Both the position numbers and the translations under genes were made by a program. Below are positions 25,960 to 38,767 of a stretch of 64,000 nt of DNA, piece after piece. The stretch is from Squalus acanthias (taxonomy: Eukaryota), in contig CM059432.1 in assembly GCA_030390025.1 (NCBI GenBank), positions 17,796,001 to 17,860,000 on the forward strand, given 5' to 3'. The notes below the pieces were generated by a model, which did no database searches, was not told the origin of the DNA, and saw nothing but the letters and a program-made list of their open reading frames with translations. The stretch's first letter is position 1. Each line of letters begins with the position of its first letter.

Positions 25960-26093
25960 TACCTTATAAGGACATAACACCCGTGGTTTATCATGTGAGA
26001 CACATATGTACATCAGTACCTTAAAAGGTAATGCAGTGTCACAAAACAAATTTCAAGTTACATTGTGTAACTTACGCATTGAAAGCTATATAA
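25960..26093 (+). promoter_or_regulatory. S2 proximal promoter: two CArG boxes, a palindrome and a TATA box
   Basis: taCCTTATAAGG 25960-25971, taCCTTAAAAGG 26017-26028, AAGTTACA-ttg-TGTAACTT 26055-26073, TATATAA 26087-26093. Confidence 0.7.
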
Positions 26094-26164
26094 GTAACAG
26101 ATTGACAACCATTTAGTAGAAAAAAAAAGTAGTCTGTTGATAAAGCAGAGGTGAAAGCAAAACC

Positions 26165-26416
26165 ATGGCCAAGTCGAGATACCGTCCGAGACAGAATCGT
26201 GCCCGCAAACGGAATGCTAAAGCAAGGCGAGCGAGAAAGGTGAGGGGCAGAAGAACAAGACCCCAGCGTCGACCTCGCTATGTACCCAACAAAAGAAGAG
26301 CGCCAAAGATTATGAAGCTGAAGTTAGATAATGATGTGGATAATACTTTAAAAGCAAAAAACAAAAGTCTTAATGAAGCGTTGAAGCACCGACTATCCTT
26401 GAGGAAACATGTGTGA
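26165..26416 (+). CDS. Spermatid-specific basic nuclear protein S2 orthologue, 83 aa, intronless
   Basis: ORF MAKSRYRPRQNRARKR...KIMKLKLDNDVDNTLKAKNKSLNEALKHRLSLRKHV with 20 Arg + 13 Lys. C-terminal half matches S. canicula S2 as I recall it and aligns with the 14973 protein. Kozak accATGg, TATATAA 26087-26093, AATAAA 26464-26469. Confidence 0.92.
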   Translation: MAKSRYRPRQNRARKRNAKARRARKVRGRRTRPQRRPRYVPNKRRAPKIMKLKLDNDVDNTLKAKNKSLNEALKHRLSLRKHV

Positions 26417-26442
26417 TTGGCAATTGTGGCAAGTTGTGTCAA

Positions 26443-26495
26443 AGAGATTATCAATTGAATACGAATAAAATAAAACAAGTACCAGAGACTTGCAA
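26443..26495 (+). terminator. S2 polyadenylation signal block
   Basis: agattatcaattgaatacgAATAAAataaaacaagtaccagagacttgc. Confidence 0.75.
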
Positions 26496-27845
26496 ACTAA
26501 TCTAATTCCATTGTGTACCTCTCGTTTTTATTCCTTGATAAAAGTATACAGATGAAGTTAATGCAAGACTTGTGTGAATGTTGGATGGTTTATATTGCTT
26601 GATTTCATAATCATTCACCCCCACGATGCATTGTGAGATCAATAGGTGTTACATATTCAATTTGATGCCAGAAGTATGGATGCAAATTGTGCTGGTAGTA
26701 CCTTATGAGGGAGCAGCACTTCATTGCCCCTAAGTGTACCACTCAAAATCTTCAAAATGCAAAGTAATGATCCAGAAAACAATCCATCCTCAACAAGCCA
26801 AGACCAAGCATGCATTCATACTATTTACAGCAGTACCTTATAAGAGAGCCCCCCCCCCCCCCCTTCATTGATTCTAATTACTTTTAAATATGGGCATCAG
26901 CTTTAAATAGTAATTTAAAGGAAAGATAAGTAAAGGGGTTCCCCTATTTAATAGAAAAAGGCATATGTAATTTTGGAGCCACTCAACCAAAGCTTAAGAT
27001 ATTTTAAAAGCACCTAATTTTTCTTCTTTCTCTTCCGTGCCAATAGCCTTATGAGGCAATCCATTTCTTCCACTCTGAGTTGTGTCCATAACAAAGACCC
27101 ATTTTCGCTCCCAAGATACAAATACAGGTACCCGACTGGATGTCAACCTGAGACACAGTGGGGCTAAATGGAGTGGCGCTCAAACCCATAACCTTACGAC
27201 TGAGAGGCAGGAATGCTACCATTGAGCCAAGGCTCACCCCTCCCTAATTTTCACAATCTGACAAATTTGACAAAATTAAGGGGCTGACAACATGTATCCA
27301 TTTCAAAATCCTTGTCTTCATGTATAAGTCCCTCTGTGTCATTACCCTCCCTAACCTGACTCTGCAATATCCCCCAGCCATATAATCCTCTTCCAAATGC
27401 TCCATTCCTCTGACTGTAGCCTTCTGTGTCTCCCCCTTCCTTTGCCCCCTCCATCGGCCACACAGCTTTCAGCTGGCTCAGTTCTATCCTTTAGAACTCC
27501 CACCCTGAACCTCTCCACCGCTCCCATCCACCTTTAAAACCTCCACAAGACCGGTGAAACACCTTGAGATGTTTCTTTATGTTAAATGATGCTACACATA
27601 GTTGCTGTTCTTGGAAGCTTCTTCACGTGACAAATGGTCAGCTTGTTTCCTTAGATATGTGTCATGCCTACTGTAAGAGTCACCAGACATGCATGAGGAA
27701 AATGGAGTCTGGTGTTTAATAAGTTGCCCTACTACCTGTGAAAACCTGGCTGGGTTGACAGGTTGTTCATTGCAAAAACTGTTTCCCTGTGGGTTTGCTT
27801 TGATAATTATGATCAATATCTGATCATCTTTGTACTAGCCTAGAT

Positions 27846-28336
27846 CAACAACAAGAACAACTTGTATTTATATAGCGCCTTTAACGTAGTAAAACATCCT
27901 AAGGTGCTTCACAGGACCGTTATCAAACAAAATTTGACACCGAGTCACATAGGATATTAGGGCAGGTGACCAAAAGCTCAGTCAAAGAGGTAGGTTTTAA
28001 GGAACGTCTTAAAGGAGGAAAGAGAGGTAGAGAGACGGAGAGGTTTAGGGAAAGAATTCTAGAGTTTGGCAGCTGAAGGCACGGCAACCAATGGCGGAGC
28101 GATTCAAATCAGGGATGCTTAAGAGACCAGAATTGGAGGAGCGCAGATATCTCGGGGGGTTGTAGGGCTGGAGGAGATTACAGAGATAGGAAGGGGCGAG
28201 TCCATACAGGGACTTGAAAACAAGGATGAGAATTTTAAAATCGAGGCGTTGCTTAACCGGGAGCCAATGTAGGTCAGCGAGCACCGGGGGTGATGGGAGA
28301 ACGGGACTTGGTGCGAGTTAGGACACTGGCCGCAGA
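27846..28336 (-). mobile_element. L2 LINE 3' end
   Basis: LADLHWLPVKQRLDFKIL and an L2 tail. Confidence 0.9.
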
Positions 28337-28799
28337 TCAAAGGGAAGGGAGAAGTATAACTGGAGATGGAGTGCTACAGGAAGTTCTTCCCTCATGTCAA
28401 GATTACAGATGAATCACCCAAGGTTCTTGAAGAGAATTTCTCAGGAGCCTTGATTTTTTTTCATTATTTTGGAACTTTTTAAAGTAGCAGCGAAAAATCA
28501 AGGTTGATCTATTTTTGCTTGTGTGTTAATAAGAATTAATTAGTAGCCTTTAGCCTGAATCATATGGCCTGTCAGTGTGTTATTTTCAACTGATTTCGAA
28601 GAGATCAAATATACATAGCTTGCATACATCCAATGGGCAAATAGTTAATTGTTTGCTCAAAGCACTGCTCCCCAGCATAAAACCACAGTTCAGTTCATAG
28701 GGAGCAAGGGCTTGTCAGCGGAAGCAAACTTTTCCATTGGGCATGAATAAATGTGATTGAGGAGAAACCCAAATTCTAACAGTCCTGGATGAACCGCAA

Positions 28800-29330
28800 T
28801 TTCCTCCAGTTAAACACTGGGGAGACCAAAGCCGACGTCTTCAGTCCCGCCACAAACATCGTACCCTCGCCAACAATTCATGCTGCTCCCAGACACATAG
28901 GGAGATATTAAGACAGGTGACCAAAAGACCACGGTCTCAGGTTGAACCAGACTGTTCACAACCTCGGCGTCCCATTTGACCCCAAATTGAGCTTCCAACT
29001 CCATAATCTCTCCAGCACAAAGACTGCCTACTTCCACGCCCGTCTCCACCGCTGCCTTTCGCATCTACTGCTAAAACCCTCCCCCTTGCCTTTGTCATCT
29101 TCAGACTCAACTATCATTGCCAAACTCCCATCCGCCATTCTCCATAAACTTCAGCTCATCCAAAACCTACTGCCCGTATCCTATACCGCATCAAGTCCCA
29201 TTCACCCATCACCCTTGCTGATCTACATTTGCTCCCGGTCCCACAACACTTCAAATTTAAAACTCTCACCCTCCTGTTTAAATCGCTTTAAGGACTCACC
29301 TCTCCCTATCTCTGTAACCTTCGCAGCCCA
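28800..29330 (+). mobile_element. L2 RT fragment, degenerate
   Basis: NQTVHNLGVPFDPKLSF motif; homologous to the other L2 copies. Confidence 0.8.
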
Positions 29331-29422
29331 GTATTCAGTGACCTCCTCCTCAATAGGGCTAGGATGGCTATGATTTGCCCCATCGGATACTAATACCCGA
29401 TTGGATGTTAACCGGAGATGAG

Positions 29423-30468
29423 GGCCGCGATTTTACCGGTGCTCAGAGGGCGGGTTTGGAGGCGGGTCAGAGGTTAAATTCGTTTTGATTGACGGCAGGT
29501 CCCGAACCCGCTGTCAACCCGCCTCCAAACAACTTTCCCAAGTGTCGGGTCCCCGATTTGCGAATGGAACCGACACCTAGCGGTGGGAAACGGATTAAAG
29601 GCAATTATCTGCCTATTACCAGGTACTTGTGAGCAGTTTTTAGGGCCTTTTGCGATTTTCCAGCTTTTGCAACAGGTTTCACGACGTCCGGACAACACGC
29701 CAGGTAAGTGTGGCGTGTTGTGAGTCTGGTCTGATGTTTGTGAAAAGATGACAGCTGCAGAAGTGGTGTCAAGGATGCAATGTTGCACAAGGTGAGTTTC
29801 AGAGCAAGAAAATGTTGGTTACTGCATTTTTAATACATATACAGATTTTTTTAGCTTACAAGTTTCTAAATCCAACTGTATGTCCAGTGCCACCTCATTG
29901 GGAGAACCTCTCTCACCAGTGACGGATCGCTTCTGTCATCTCACCTGCACCTGCATCTATTCCAGCAACATCGGAGCCAATGAAACAATCAGACCTAGTG
30001 AGATGGCGAAGTAATAAAGTAGATAGAGAGGGTTGGGTGGAGGTGCAAGGTAAGTTGATGTCCTGGGGAGGTCTCTTCCACCCTTAGAAGGGAAGAGAAC
30101 CTCCCTGCGTACTGTGACTCCCTTCATAAGCATATGGAGGGAGTCATTGGAGAGCCTGGGTGCAAGAGTTCACCTTTGTGCATTGATTGTCAGTGTTTGC
30201 AGCACCTCAATGCTGTCAAACACTGAAAAATCAACTGTCAAAATAAAATTGTGCATGGTCCCTTTAAGGAAACCGGCAGATGACGCGTCATCAAATGATG
30301 TCATCAGACCGGCTTCCTGTTAATTGGCCGGCAAACCCGCAGGGCGGGCTCAACAAGGCCAATCAAGGGAAAATCCCGATTACAGAGCGGAGGCAGCTGG
30401 GGGCGGGACCGGAACCCGGAAACCACCTGACCCGCCCCCATCCCGACACGGAGGAGAAAATCGTGGCC
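29423..30468. mobile_element. Harbinger-type non-autonomous DNA transposon
   Basis: TIRs ggccgcgatttt and aaaatcgtggcc; TSD GAG at 29420-29422 and 30469-30471; GC-rich subterminal repeats. Confidence 0.75.
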
Positions 30469-32851
30469 GAGAACTCCAGTCTCTGCTTGCGGGGGGGAGG
30501 TGTCTGGAGTGGGCTTGAACCCATAAATATCCGACTCAGAAACAGTAATGCTACTATTGACCCAATGCCTATTCCTTCTCCGACAACTCTGCATTCCTCC
30601 AACTCTGGCCTCATGCATTTCCTCATTCCTTTCGTCCCACCAGTGCCCACCATTGCCTTCAGCCATCTAGAGATGGATAGGCTCTGGAATTCCCTCCCTG
30701 AACCTCTCTGACTCTCCACCACCCTCTCCTCCTTAAAACCCACTTATTTGACCACGCTATTAGTTACCCTTCCTAACATCTCCTCAATTTGTCTCGCCAT
30801 CGATTTTTGTCTGATTACATCTTAGCAAAGTGTCTGGGGACATTTTTCTATGTGTTATATAAATGTAAGTTGCTGTTGTAGCAATTATCTAAAAATCCTT
30901 ACTCCCGATAATTGTGGACAACAGCTTAACCCATTTGAAATGGATGTGTTAATGACAAGAGAAGACCGTGTGAATTTAAATTCATCCCCTATTATTCGAG
31001 GTTGTAGTGCTGCAATTGCCTATGCATCCAGCAGAAGGAGCACGATCACGGAGTTAATACCATTCATTTAATAAGGCCCTGGCTGAGCTGTAAGTGATCA
31101 TTCTAACCACGGCACACCCATACTCCCTGGCCCACCGATGACCACTCCCACGCCTGCTCACTCTCCCTCATTCATCTGCCCTTGTCCCAGCTTGCGCTGC
31201 TCCCAGTCCACCTATTGTCTTCTTTGGGAGATCGGCAATTTGTTTTTAAAGTGCATGCAGCACTATTTAAAGAGACTGTTTAAAAACAAATTGCCGGTTT
31301 CCCAGTGAAAACAGTAAATGGAGGGCCACCAGGAGGGGCACAGGGCAGGTGAAAGCAAACAGGACTGGGACCAAAAGCATGTGGGGCAGCTTATAAGTTT
31401 GAGGCTTTCCTCTGAGGCTGGTATGTCACAGGGGCATAAGACTGTACAAGGGATGGATAAGGCAGATTGGAAGAGGGGTCATGGGAGAATAGGAAGGATT
31501 ATGGGTCTGGAAGCAATAAGGGGCAGGTTAGGGTGAAGAGCAGTAGAAATGGGGATTGGGCAGTGGAGAGCAGGTGAAAGGGGGTGCCTGGAGGGGTACG
31601 ATGGATGAAAGTTAACAGGGAAGTGAGAGGAAGGGTTAGGGGTTGAGCCAAATGGGCTCTTAAAAAGTAGAGGGGCAGTGGGCAGCCGAAGTGAGAGGGG
31701 ACACGATGGAAGCCAGGGAGAGTAGGGATGGAAGTGGGTGTGGAGAGTATGGGAAATGAGCTACTGAGAGATATAGGCCATAATTCTCTGAACTTGCAAC
31801 TACAAAATGTGGTCTGTAGCCTTCAGCAGCTCACTTCCACACCATGCCACTTCACCCATAACCCAACAGAGCCAGAAGCAAAAAAAAGAGTTAGGGAAAG
31901 TGAAGTAGAACAGAAAAGTGTGCGAGAGAGAGAGAGACAGACAGACAGAGAATGTGAGCAAGCCCAGGCCGAGACCCAGTCGCCACTCCAAAGCTGGCCT
32001 GTGGCTCTAGCTAGACCTATTCTCCCCACCCACAATCCTAAAACAGCCCTGCAGCCCTCACCACATCCCTTCTAACGAGCAAGCCACCACTCACAACCAC
32101 AGAGGCACCCTTTGACCTGGCCCAATCCTTCCCCCACCAAACCATTCCATCCAAAAGGACATAAGAGGCAAAGCGAAAGAGAGTTGTAGAACAGGAAGAA
32201 ACGAGAGCGTATCAGGCTTAGGCAGGGAGGTATCATTGGTAAAAGGCATGAAATTATGCAGCATACACCACCACCTTCTGCACAAGGATGCTCAGGACAA
32301 CCCACTCATAACTCCTTCCATGACGTGGACCTGCATGCTCTACATTTCTGTCTTCACAAACCCTCGGAGTGCATCTTCACATACAGGGGTTTGCAAATTT
32401 GATGCAGCCCTTGTTCTCAGCCTTCTGTGTTTGTAGGTGAAGGCAGCACATAACAGGCGGCAAATGTCTACAACTGGAGGGAGGCCAGTAATCTTACGTG
32501 GTCTGACTCCATTTGAGGTGTTTGCTCTCCAAGCGCAATGCTGTTACTTGGAGGAGGAGGCTGGAGTTAGGGAAGTAGCTTCAGCTCAGTGTTAGTCTAA
32601 CATTTATTCTTCCTCGACGCTACAAACAATTTACTCACACAAGTACTGGTTCGCAAGCTTGCTCCATGTCAGCTGTTTGGGAAAGACTACTATCCAATAA
32701 GTTGTTCTGAAGATGTGCTTCCAACACTTTTCTCTTTCTGTCTCTGCAGGCATGGGAGAGGAAGCTGTTGCAAGGTACTCACGACAGGTACTCACTCATC
32801 ACCTCACACTGCATCTCACTCTGCAAGATTTAGCTGACTAGTTTGAGGGCA

Positions 32852-33016
32852 AAAATGAGAAGTCGCACAACACCAGGTTATAGTCCAACAGTTTTATTTA
32901 AAATTACGAGCTTTCGGAGCTGTTGCCCCTTCGTCAGGTAAAGGTACAATGAGGGAATCTATTACACAGTATATATCTCATTTTTGTCCACCCCAGTCCA
33001 ACACCGGCATCTCCGC
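32852..33016. mobile_element. Miniature Penelope insertion (same family as 8970-10052) with hammerhead on minus strand 32904-32941
   Basis: Inverted pLTR piece plus the forward tail gtccaccccagtccaacaccggcatctccgc. 12-bp TSD agtttgagggca at 32840-32851 and 33017-33028. Confidence 0.88.
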
Positions 33017-34239
33017 AGTTTGAGGGCAGCATACAGGGCGATGCACAGAGCACAAGAGAGCAAGTGGGGAAGGGGCAGGAAGCAGATGGCCAGAGAGCGA
33101 GGCTGCCTCCATCCACAGCTGATGAGGCCAGGGGCCAGCTTTAAAAAGAAGGATGCTCTTGGAGTATGAGACGTTGTTGAAATCACTGGGGAATGTGCAT
33201 GACCGCTAGTGTGGACAATTCTCACAACTTGCATGTGTTGGGTGCTCATGCATGGTACTGAAATCTTGTAGGCAACCTAGGAATGAGCTGCAGCCCCTCA
33301 GACAGGCCTTCAATTGTAATGTCACCTTCTCATTGAGAAATCTTCTCACTGAGGCGAGAGATTGCTATGGGTTTGTCGCTGCCTGTTGATCAGTGGGCAC
33401 AGTGGCATGGAGGCTTCCATCAAGGCCTGGGCAGAGCTGGCAATGGGTGATGTTGCTGTCCATCTCAATGGCAACACCTCCACCCAAGTCTCAACCATTC
33501 CCACCCAATGACTTCACGGGAGCCAGAAAGCAGGCAGGGCCAGGTTGCTCCCGCAGCATCGGAACGGCAGCAGGCTGAAACGGACCCATCTGGAAGCCAT
33601 GGTCATAGAAACAATTGACAGGCCACCTGGATGCTAGGAACCTCTCACAGACACTCAGCTGGCAGCCACATCAAAGTTCAAACCATAGGGACACCACTGG
33701 GAAGAAATACTGCAATAAGTAATCAAACCCCAACCTACACCTACTCATAGGAAGGAGAAACACTGCCATACAGGCATTAGGTAGAGAAACATGCAGCACT
33801 CTCCTGTTACAGCTCCTCCAAATGGTGCCTCTTTAAAAGACAATGTTGTGCCGAATGAAACAGCCTATAATGATTCTGCAAGCTTTGGCTGGATTGTACT
33901 GCATGAAGCCCCCCTGATTTGTCAAGGCACCAGGAGTGTTGCTAAAGCGTGGCAATGGTGTTCTTTTTCTCGTGATGACCCTGGTGGAGGCTTCGGCATC
34001 ACATCTGTGGTTGGCTGATGTCAGGGAGGCTGCGGAGGCACCATGAGCTAAGGCAGCAACATGCCGAGGATCAGCAAAGATGATGGTATGACGGACTGAC
34101 ATCAAATGGAAGCACCTTGAGTGCGGTGTGGTAATTTGACACTACTTTGCTTGATGACGTACAGATGATCACACACAACTGCACAATTACAGAGTAGAAG
34201 ACCTTCATAGAAGAGGCACTCCAATTATCAGGAGCACAA

Positions 34240-34500
34240 AGAAGAACATAAGAAATAGGAGCAGGAGTAGGCCATTTGACTCTTCGAGCCTGCTCCACCA
34301 TTCAATGGATCATAGCTGATCTTCTACCTCAACTCCACCTTCCTGCAATATCCCCATATCCCTTGCGTCCCTTATTATCCAAATATACTCAATGACTGAG
34401 CCTCCATAGCCCTTCCAGAATTCCAAAGATTCACAACCCTTTGAGTGAAGAAATTTCTCCTCATCTCAGTCCTAAATGGTCAACCCCTTATTCTGAGACT
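34240..34500 (-). mobile_element. CR1 3' end
   Basis: aagaacataagaaataggagcaggagtaggcc tail, also present at 8080 and 45757. Confidence 0.85.
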
Positions 34501-36274
34501 GTCGACCCCTTATTCTGACACTGAGAATAAGTGTGCCATCTATTACCCCCTGGACTTTGGGGGATTCCGTCGTTCTGAAGAACTCTGGGGCTTGGGCCTG
34601 TTGGTCCAATTGGCAAACGACGTATCAGTCATTTGCTGAATGCACCAATGCACTGATGACTAACTTATCTTGGAAGTTTTGCCAGTGGCTACCTGAAAAC
34701 ACGGTTGTTACATTGACTGTCTTTGGCAGTGCCGTGTCAGCCCTGGAGTGTGTACCTGCAGATCCTCCGGCAGAAGGTCACAGAGCATCTGGACTACCTC
34801 CTGCTTAAGCCTGTGAAGCCTTTGCTTCTCTGTTAGGTCCAGAGGAATCCTGCAGAGCCAATAGATTTTTCTGTTTGGATAAAGGTGATTACAACAGTGA
34901 CTACACTTCAAAAGTACTTCGTTGGCTCTAAAGCACTTTGGGATGTCCTGAAGTCATGAAAGGCGCTATATAAATGCAAGTTCTTTCTTTTTATAAAGGT
35001 GGGTAAGTGACCTTCTCCTCCAATGATGTTTCAGCACCCTACAAGCCAAGGGTGCTTCCTGTACATCTCTTCTCTTCCTCCAAATAATACATGTAACAGT
35101 GTATTTCAAATGGGACCTCCATTCTGTCACGGGGTGGGGAGTGGCCTTCAGCAACTCTTCAGCTGGCCAACATGTTGAGCACAGTGAAACCCCTCGATAA
35201 CCTTTTACAAAGCAAAGCAATTTGACGTTACTTGATCCCCATTTAAATGGAATTTAAATGCCTTCTTGAGGCACAACACCAGACCTGTAACTGGCAGCAG
35301 GGCTGGCACAATCAGGGCTGCGACCCGTCATAACAGGTTTCCCTTCATTTTTCCTCAGCTTTGCACCCCTGAAAATAATCGTACTTGGAGCCCACAGAAA
35401 AGGAAAATCAGTACCTATATATAACAGAATGTTAGTTAGCTATTATTCGACTTGTGTGAGGTATGGCATACTAAACACTTACGAGGACTATTTATCAGCG
35501 TGATAACTGGTAATTGGAGCAGTAAGGGAAGGTATATTGGTATGATGAGGTCAAGGATGTTGGCCAGCTAATGTCGCAGAAGAACAAGGAGACCATGGTC
35601 TAGCACAGAGTTAGATAAATGCTGGTGTGGAACAGCGTGCACGGAAAGCGCCAGGGCACTCTAGTGCAGGAACACTTACGCAAGGTTTGGCTGAGTGAAC
35701 TAAATTTGCACAATGCAAGCAATACTTCCATCAGTAGCAACCTCAGATGTTAGAACATTTAAGATTCTTTAGAACCCAGGACCATCAGTTGAAATTTAAG
35801 GGGGGAAAAAATGCTGGTCTAACACCCCAATGAAAATGTTCAAAGTTAGAGACTCACAGACCGCAGGCTACAATCAGAAAAGAAGCTGCTTCAAAATCAA
35901 TATAAACCAGAAGTCTTTAAACTGAAGAGAATATAAACCAAGATGATTCCACCTTCTGACTTAGCAAACCTGAGTCAGTTCGTCAGAGACTCAGAAATGT
36001 TGTTGGAAATCATGTACAATAGTGCTTCTATGCTATTACATCATATAGCAAGTCTATCCTCTTCCAGAAATGGATGGGAAATTGGTTGACGATACAAGTG
36101 AATTGCTAGAGGATCTGCAAAGGAAACTGTATCAAAACAGTAATTCTAATGAGTATTGAGAATCTAATGCCGTGAGAAGGAAGGATACACGATGATGTGG
36201 TAAGGTTAGAAGGCTATACACAAAATGAGCCCAGTGCAAGAAAAACTATAATACAAAAAGAAAATAAACAAAAA

Positions 36275-38150
36275 GGAAATACTGCAGATGCTGGAAATCT
36301 GAAATAAAAACAGAAAATGCTGGAGAAACTCAGCAGGTCAGGCAGCATCTGTGAAGAGAGAAACAGAGTTAACGTTTCAGGTCGATGACCTTTCGTCAGA
36401 ACTGGAGAAAAGCAGGAAATAGAACAAGTGTAGGGGCTGGGAAAGGGGGGAGGGGATGAAAGAACAAAAGGGAATGTCTGTGATAGGATAGAAGGCTGGA
36501 GAGGTTAAGAGACATTGAGATATTCAAGGCAAAAGAAGATGGTAATGGGACAGGTTAAGAAACAAAGGATGGCTCTAGATGAAGTGTAAATTGCGCTGGC
36601 AGAATGAAAGACAGCTGCCATGTGGGAGAGAAGAAAAGAAAACGCAAACAAAAGGTGTGGATAAAAAAATATATATATGATAGGGGCCGAGGTTATGATC
36701 TGAAATTGTTGAACTCTATGTTGAGTCCAGAAGGCTGTAAAGTGCCTAATCGAAAGATGAGGTGCTGTTCCTCGAGCTTACGTTGAGCTTCAGTGGAACA
36801 ATGCAAGAGGCCGAGGACGGTGAGGTCTGAGTGGGAGTGGAGCGGAGAATTAAAGTGACAGGCGACCGGAAGCTCGGGGTCCCCCTTACGGACTGAATGG
36901 AGGTGTTCCGCAAAGTGGTCACCCAATCTGTGTTTGGTCTCCCCAATGTAGAGGAGACCGCATCATGAGCAGCGAATACAGTATACTAAGTTGCAAGAAG
37001 TACAAGTAAATTGCTGTTTCACCTGGAAGGGGTGTTTGGGGCCCTGGACAGTGGGAAGGGGGGGGAGGGATAAGGGCATGTGTTGCATCTCCTGCACTTG
37101 CACAGGAAGGTGCCAGGCGAAGGGGAAGTGGTGTTGGGGGTGATAGAGGAGAGGACCAGGGTGTCACGGAGGGAGCGGTCCCTTTGGAATGCTGAAAGGG
37201 GAGGTGAGGGGAAGATGTGTTTGGTGGTGGGATCACGCTGGAGGTGGCGGAAATGGCGGAGGATGATCTGTTGAATGTGGAGGCTGGTGAGGTGAAAGGT
37301 GAGGACAAGGGGAACCCTATCGTGGTTCCGGGAGGGAGGGGCAGGGGTGAGGGCAGAAGTGCGGGAGATAGAACGGACACGGTCAAGGGCCATGTCAACC
37401 ACAGTAGAGGGGAATCCTCGGTTGAGGAAAAAGGAAGACATGTCGGAAGCACTGGTATGGAAGGTGGCATCGTCGGAGCAGATGCGGCGGAGACGGAGAA
37501 ACTGGGAGAAGGGAATAGAGTCCTTACAGGAGGCGGGGTGGGAGGAAGTGTAGTCCAGGTAGCTGTGCGAGTCAGTGGGCTGGTAGTGAATGTTTGTCAA
37601 TAACCTATCCCCAGAGATGGAGATGGAGAAGTCGAGGAAGGGAAGGGAAGAGTCAGAGATGGACCATGTGAAGGTGAGGGAAGGGTGGAAATTGGAAGCA
37701 AAGTGGATGAAATTATCTAGTTCAGGGCAAGAGCAGGAAACAGCACCGATACAGTCATCAATGTACCGGAAAAAGAGGTGAGGGAGGGGACCTGAGTAGG
37801 ACTGGAACAAAGAGTGTTCCACATATCCCACGAAAAGGCAGGCATAGCTAGGACCCATGCAGGTTCCCATAGCAACACCTTTGATTTGGAGGAAGTGAGC
37901 GGAGTCAAAGGAGAAGTTGTTCAATGTGAGAACAAGTTCAGCCAGGCGGAGGAGGGTGGTGGTGGATGGGGACTGGTCGGGCCTCTGTTCAAGGAAGAAG
38001 CGGAGCGCCCTCAGGCCATGCTGGTGGGGGATGGAGGTGTAGAGGGATTGGACGTCCATAGTGAAAAGGAGGCGGTTGGGGCCAGGAAACTGGAAACTGT
38101 TAAAGTGGCGTCGGAAGAGTCGCGGATGTAGGTGGGAAGAGACTGGACCT
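36275..38150 (-). mobile_element. Penelope-like retroelement (family 2): RT, GIY-YIG endonuclease and pLTR, 5'-truncated
   Basis: ORF 37019-38059 has DVQSLYT, GVAMG and RYIDD; ORF 36693-36926 has RKLEEQHLIFRLGTLQPSGLN; pLTR at 36275-36405. Confidence 0.93.
36367..36403 (-). ncRNA. Minimal hammerhead ribozyme motif
   Basis: agtt-CTGACGA-a-aggtc(atc)gacct-GAAA-cg-TT-aact on the minus strand; palindromic AACGTT. Confidence 0.8.
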
Positions 38151-38767
38151 ATGTTTACTGTAGGGTAGGGAGGGACATATTTTCATTTTTTACTTTGTTT
38201 TATGAGCTCAAACAAATTCAGGATTTCAAACCAAGTTATTTACATTAGGTCGGCCATGGTTTGTGCATCATAGATACAATGACAAAAAGAAAGAGGTTAT
38301 TACCAGCAAGGACTTAATGAACATAAATATGAGGGAGGGAGGAGGGAATATTTATTATTTTAGAAATGGCATTAGATCTCAGATTTATTGGATTAGAGAA
38401 GACGGGGAGCAAGATTGGATGGATCAAAGTGAACATGGTTAGAGAAAGCAAGGAAGTAAGACTAGATGGATCAGAGTCAATACAGATAAATAATGTAAGA
38501 GGAGCATGATTAGATGGATTAAAGTCAACACGGTTAGAGAGGGCGAGGGAGTCACCACAATGCGAGCAGCTGAATTATAACAGATTTGTCATTAAAAATC
38601 TCTTAAATCTAATGAAGTGACAAAGAATTAGAATACGATTGAATGTATTTTTTGATAATCAGTTTTCTATATCGTCAGCAATGTGCAATACACAAAGGAA
38701 TACGCGTGATAGAACGATACGTTGTAAAGCAGTGATCTCATACCATAGGAAATACATCATAATATAC

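Noticed and set aside
35405..36270. cagtacctatatataac followed by unique A-rich sequence as a further S-family copy
   Set aside because: The motif lacks the closing GG, and I found no basic ORF or shared 3' block. Origin unresolved.
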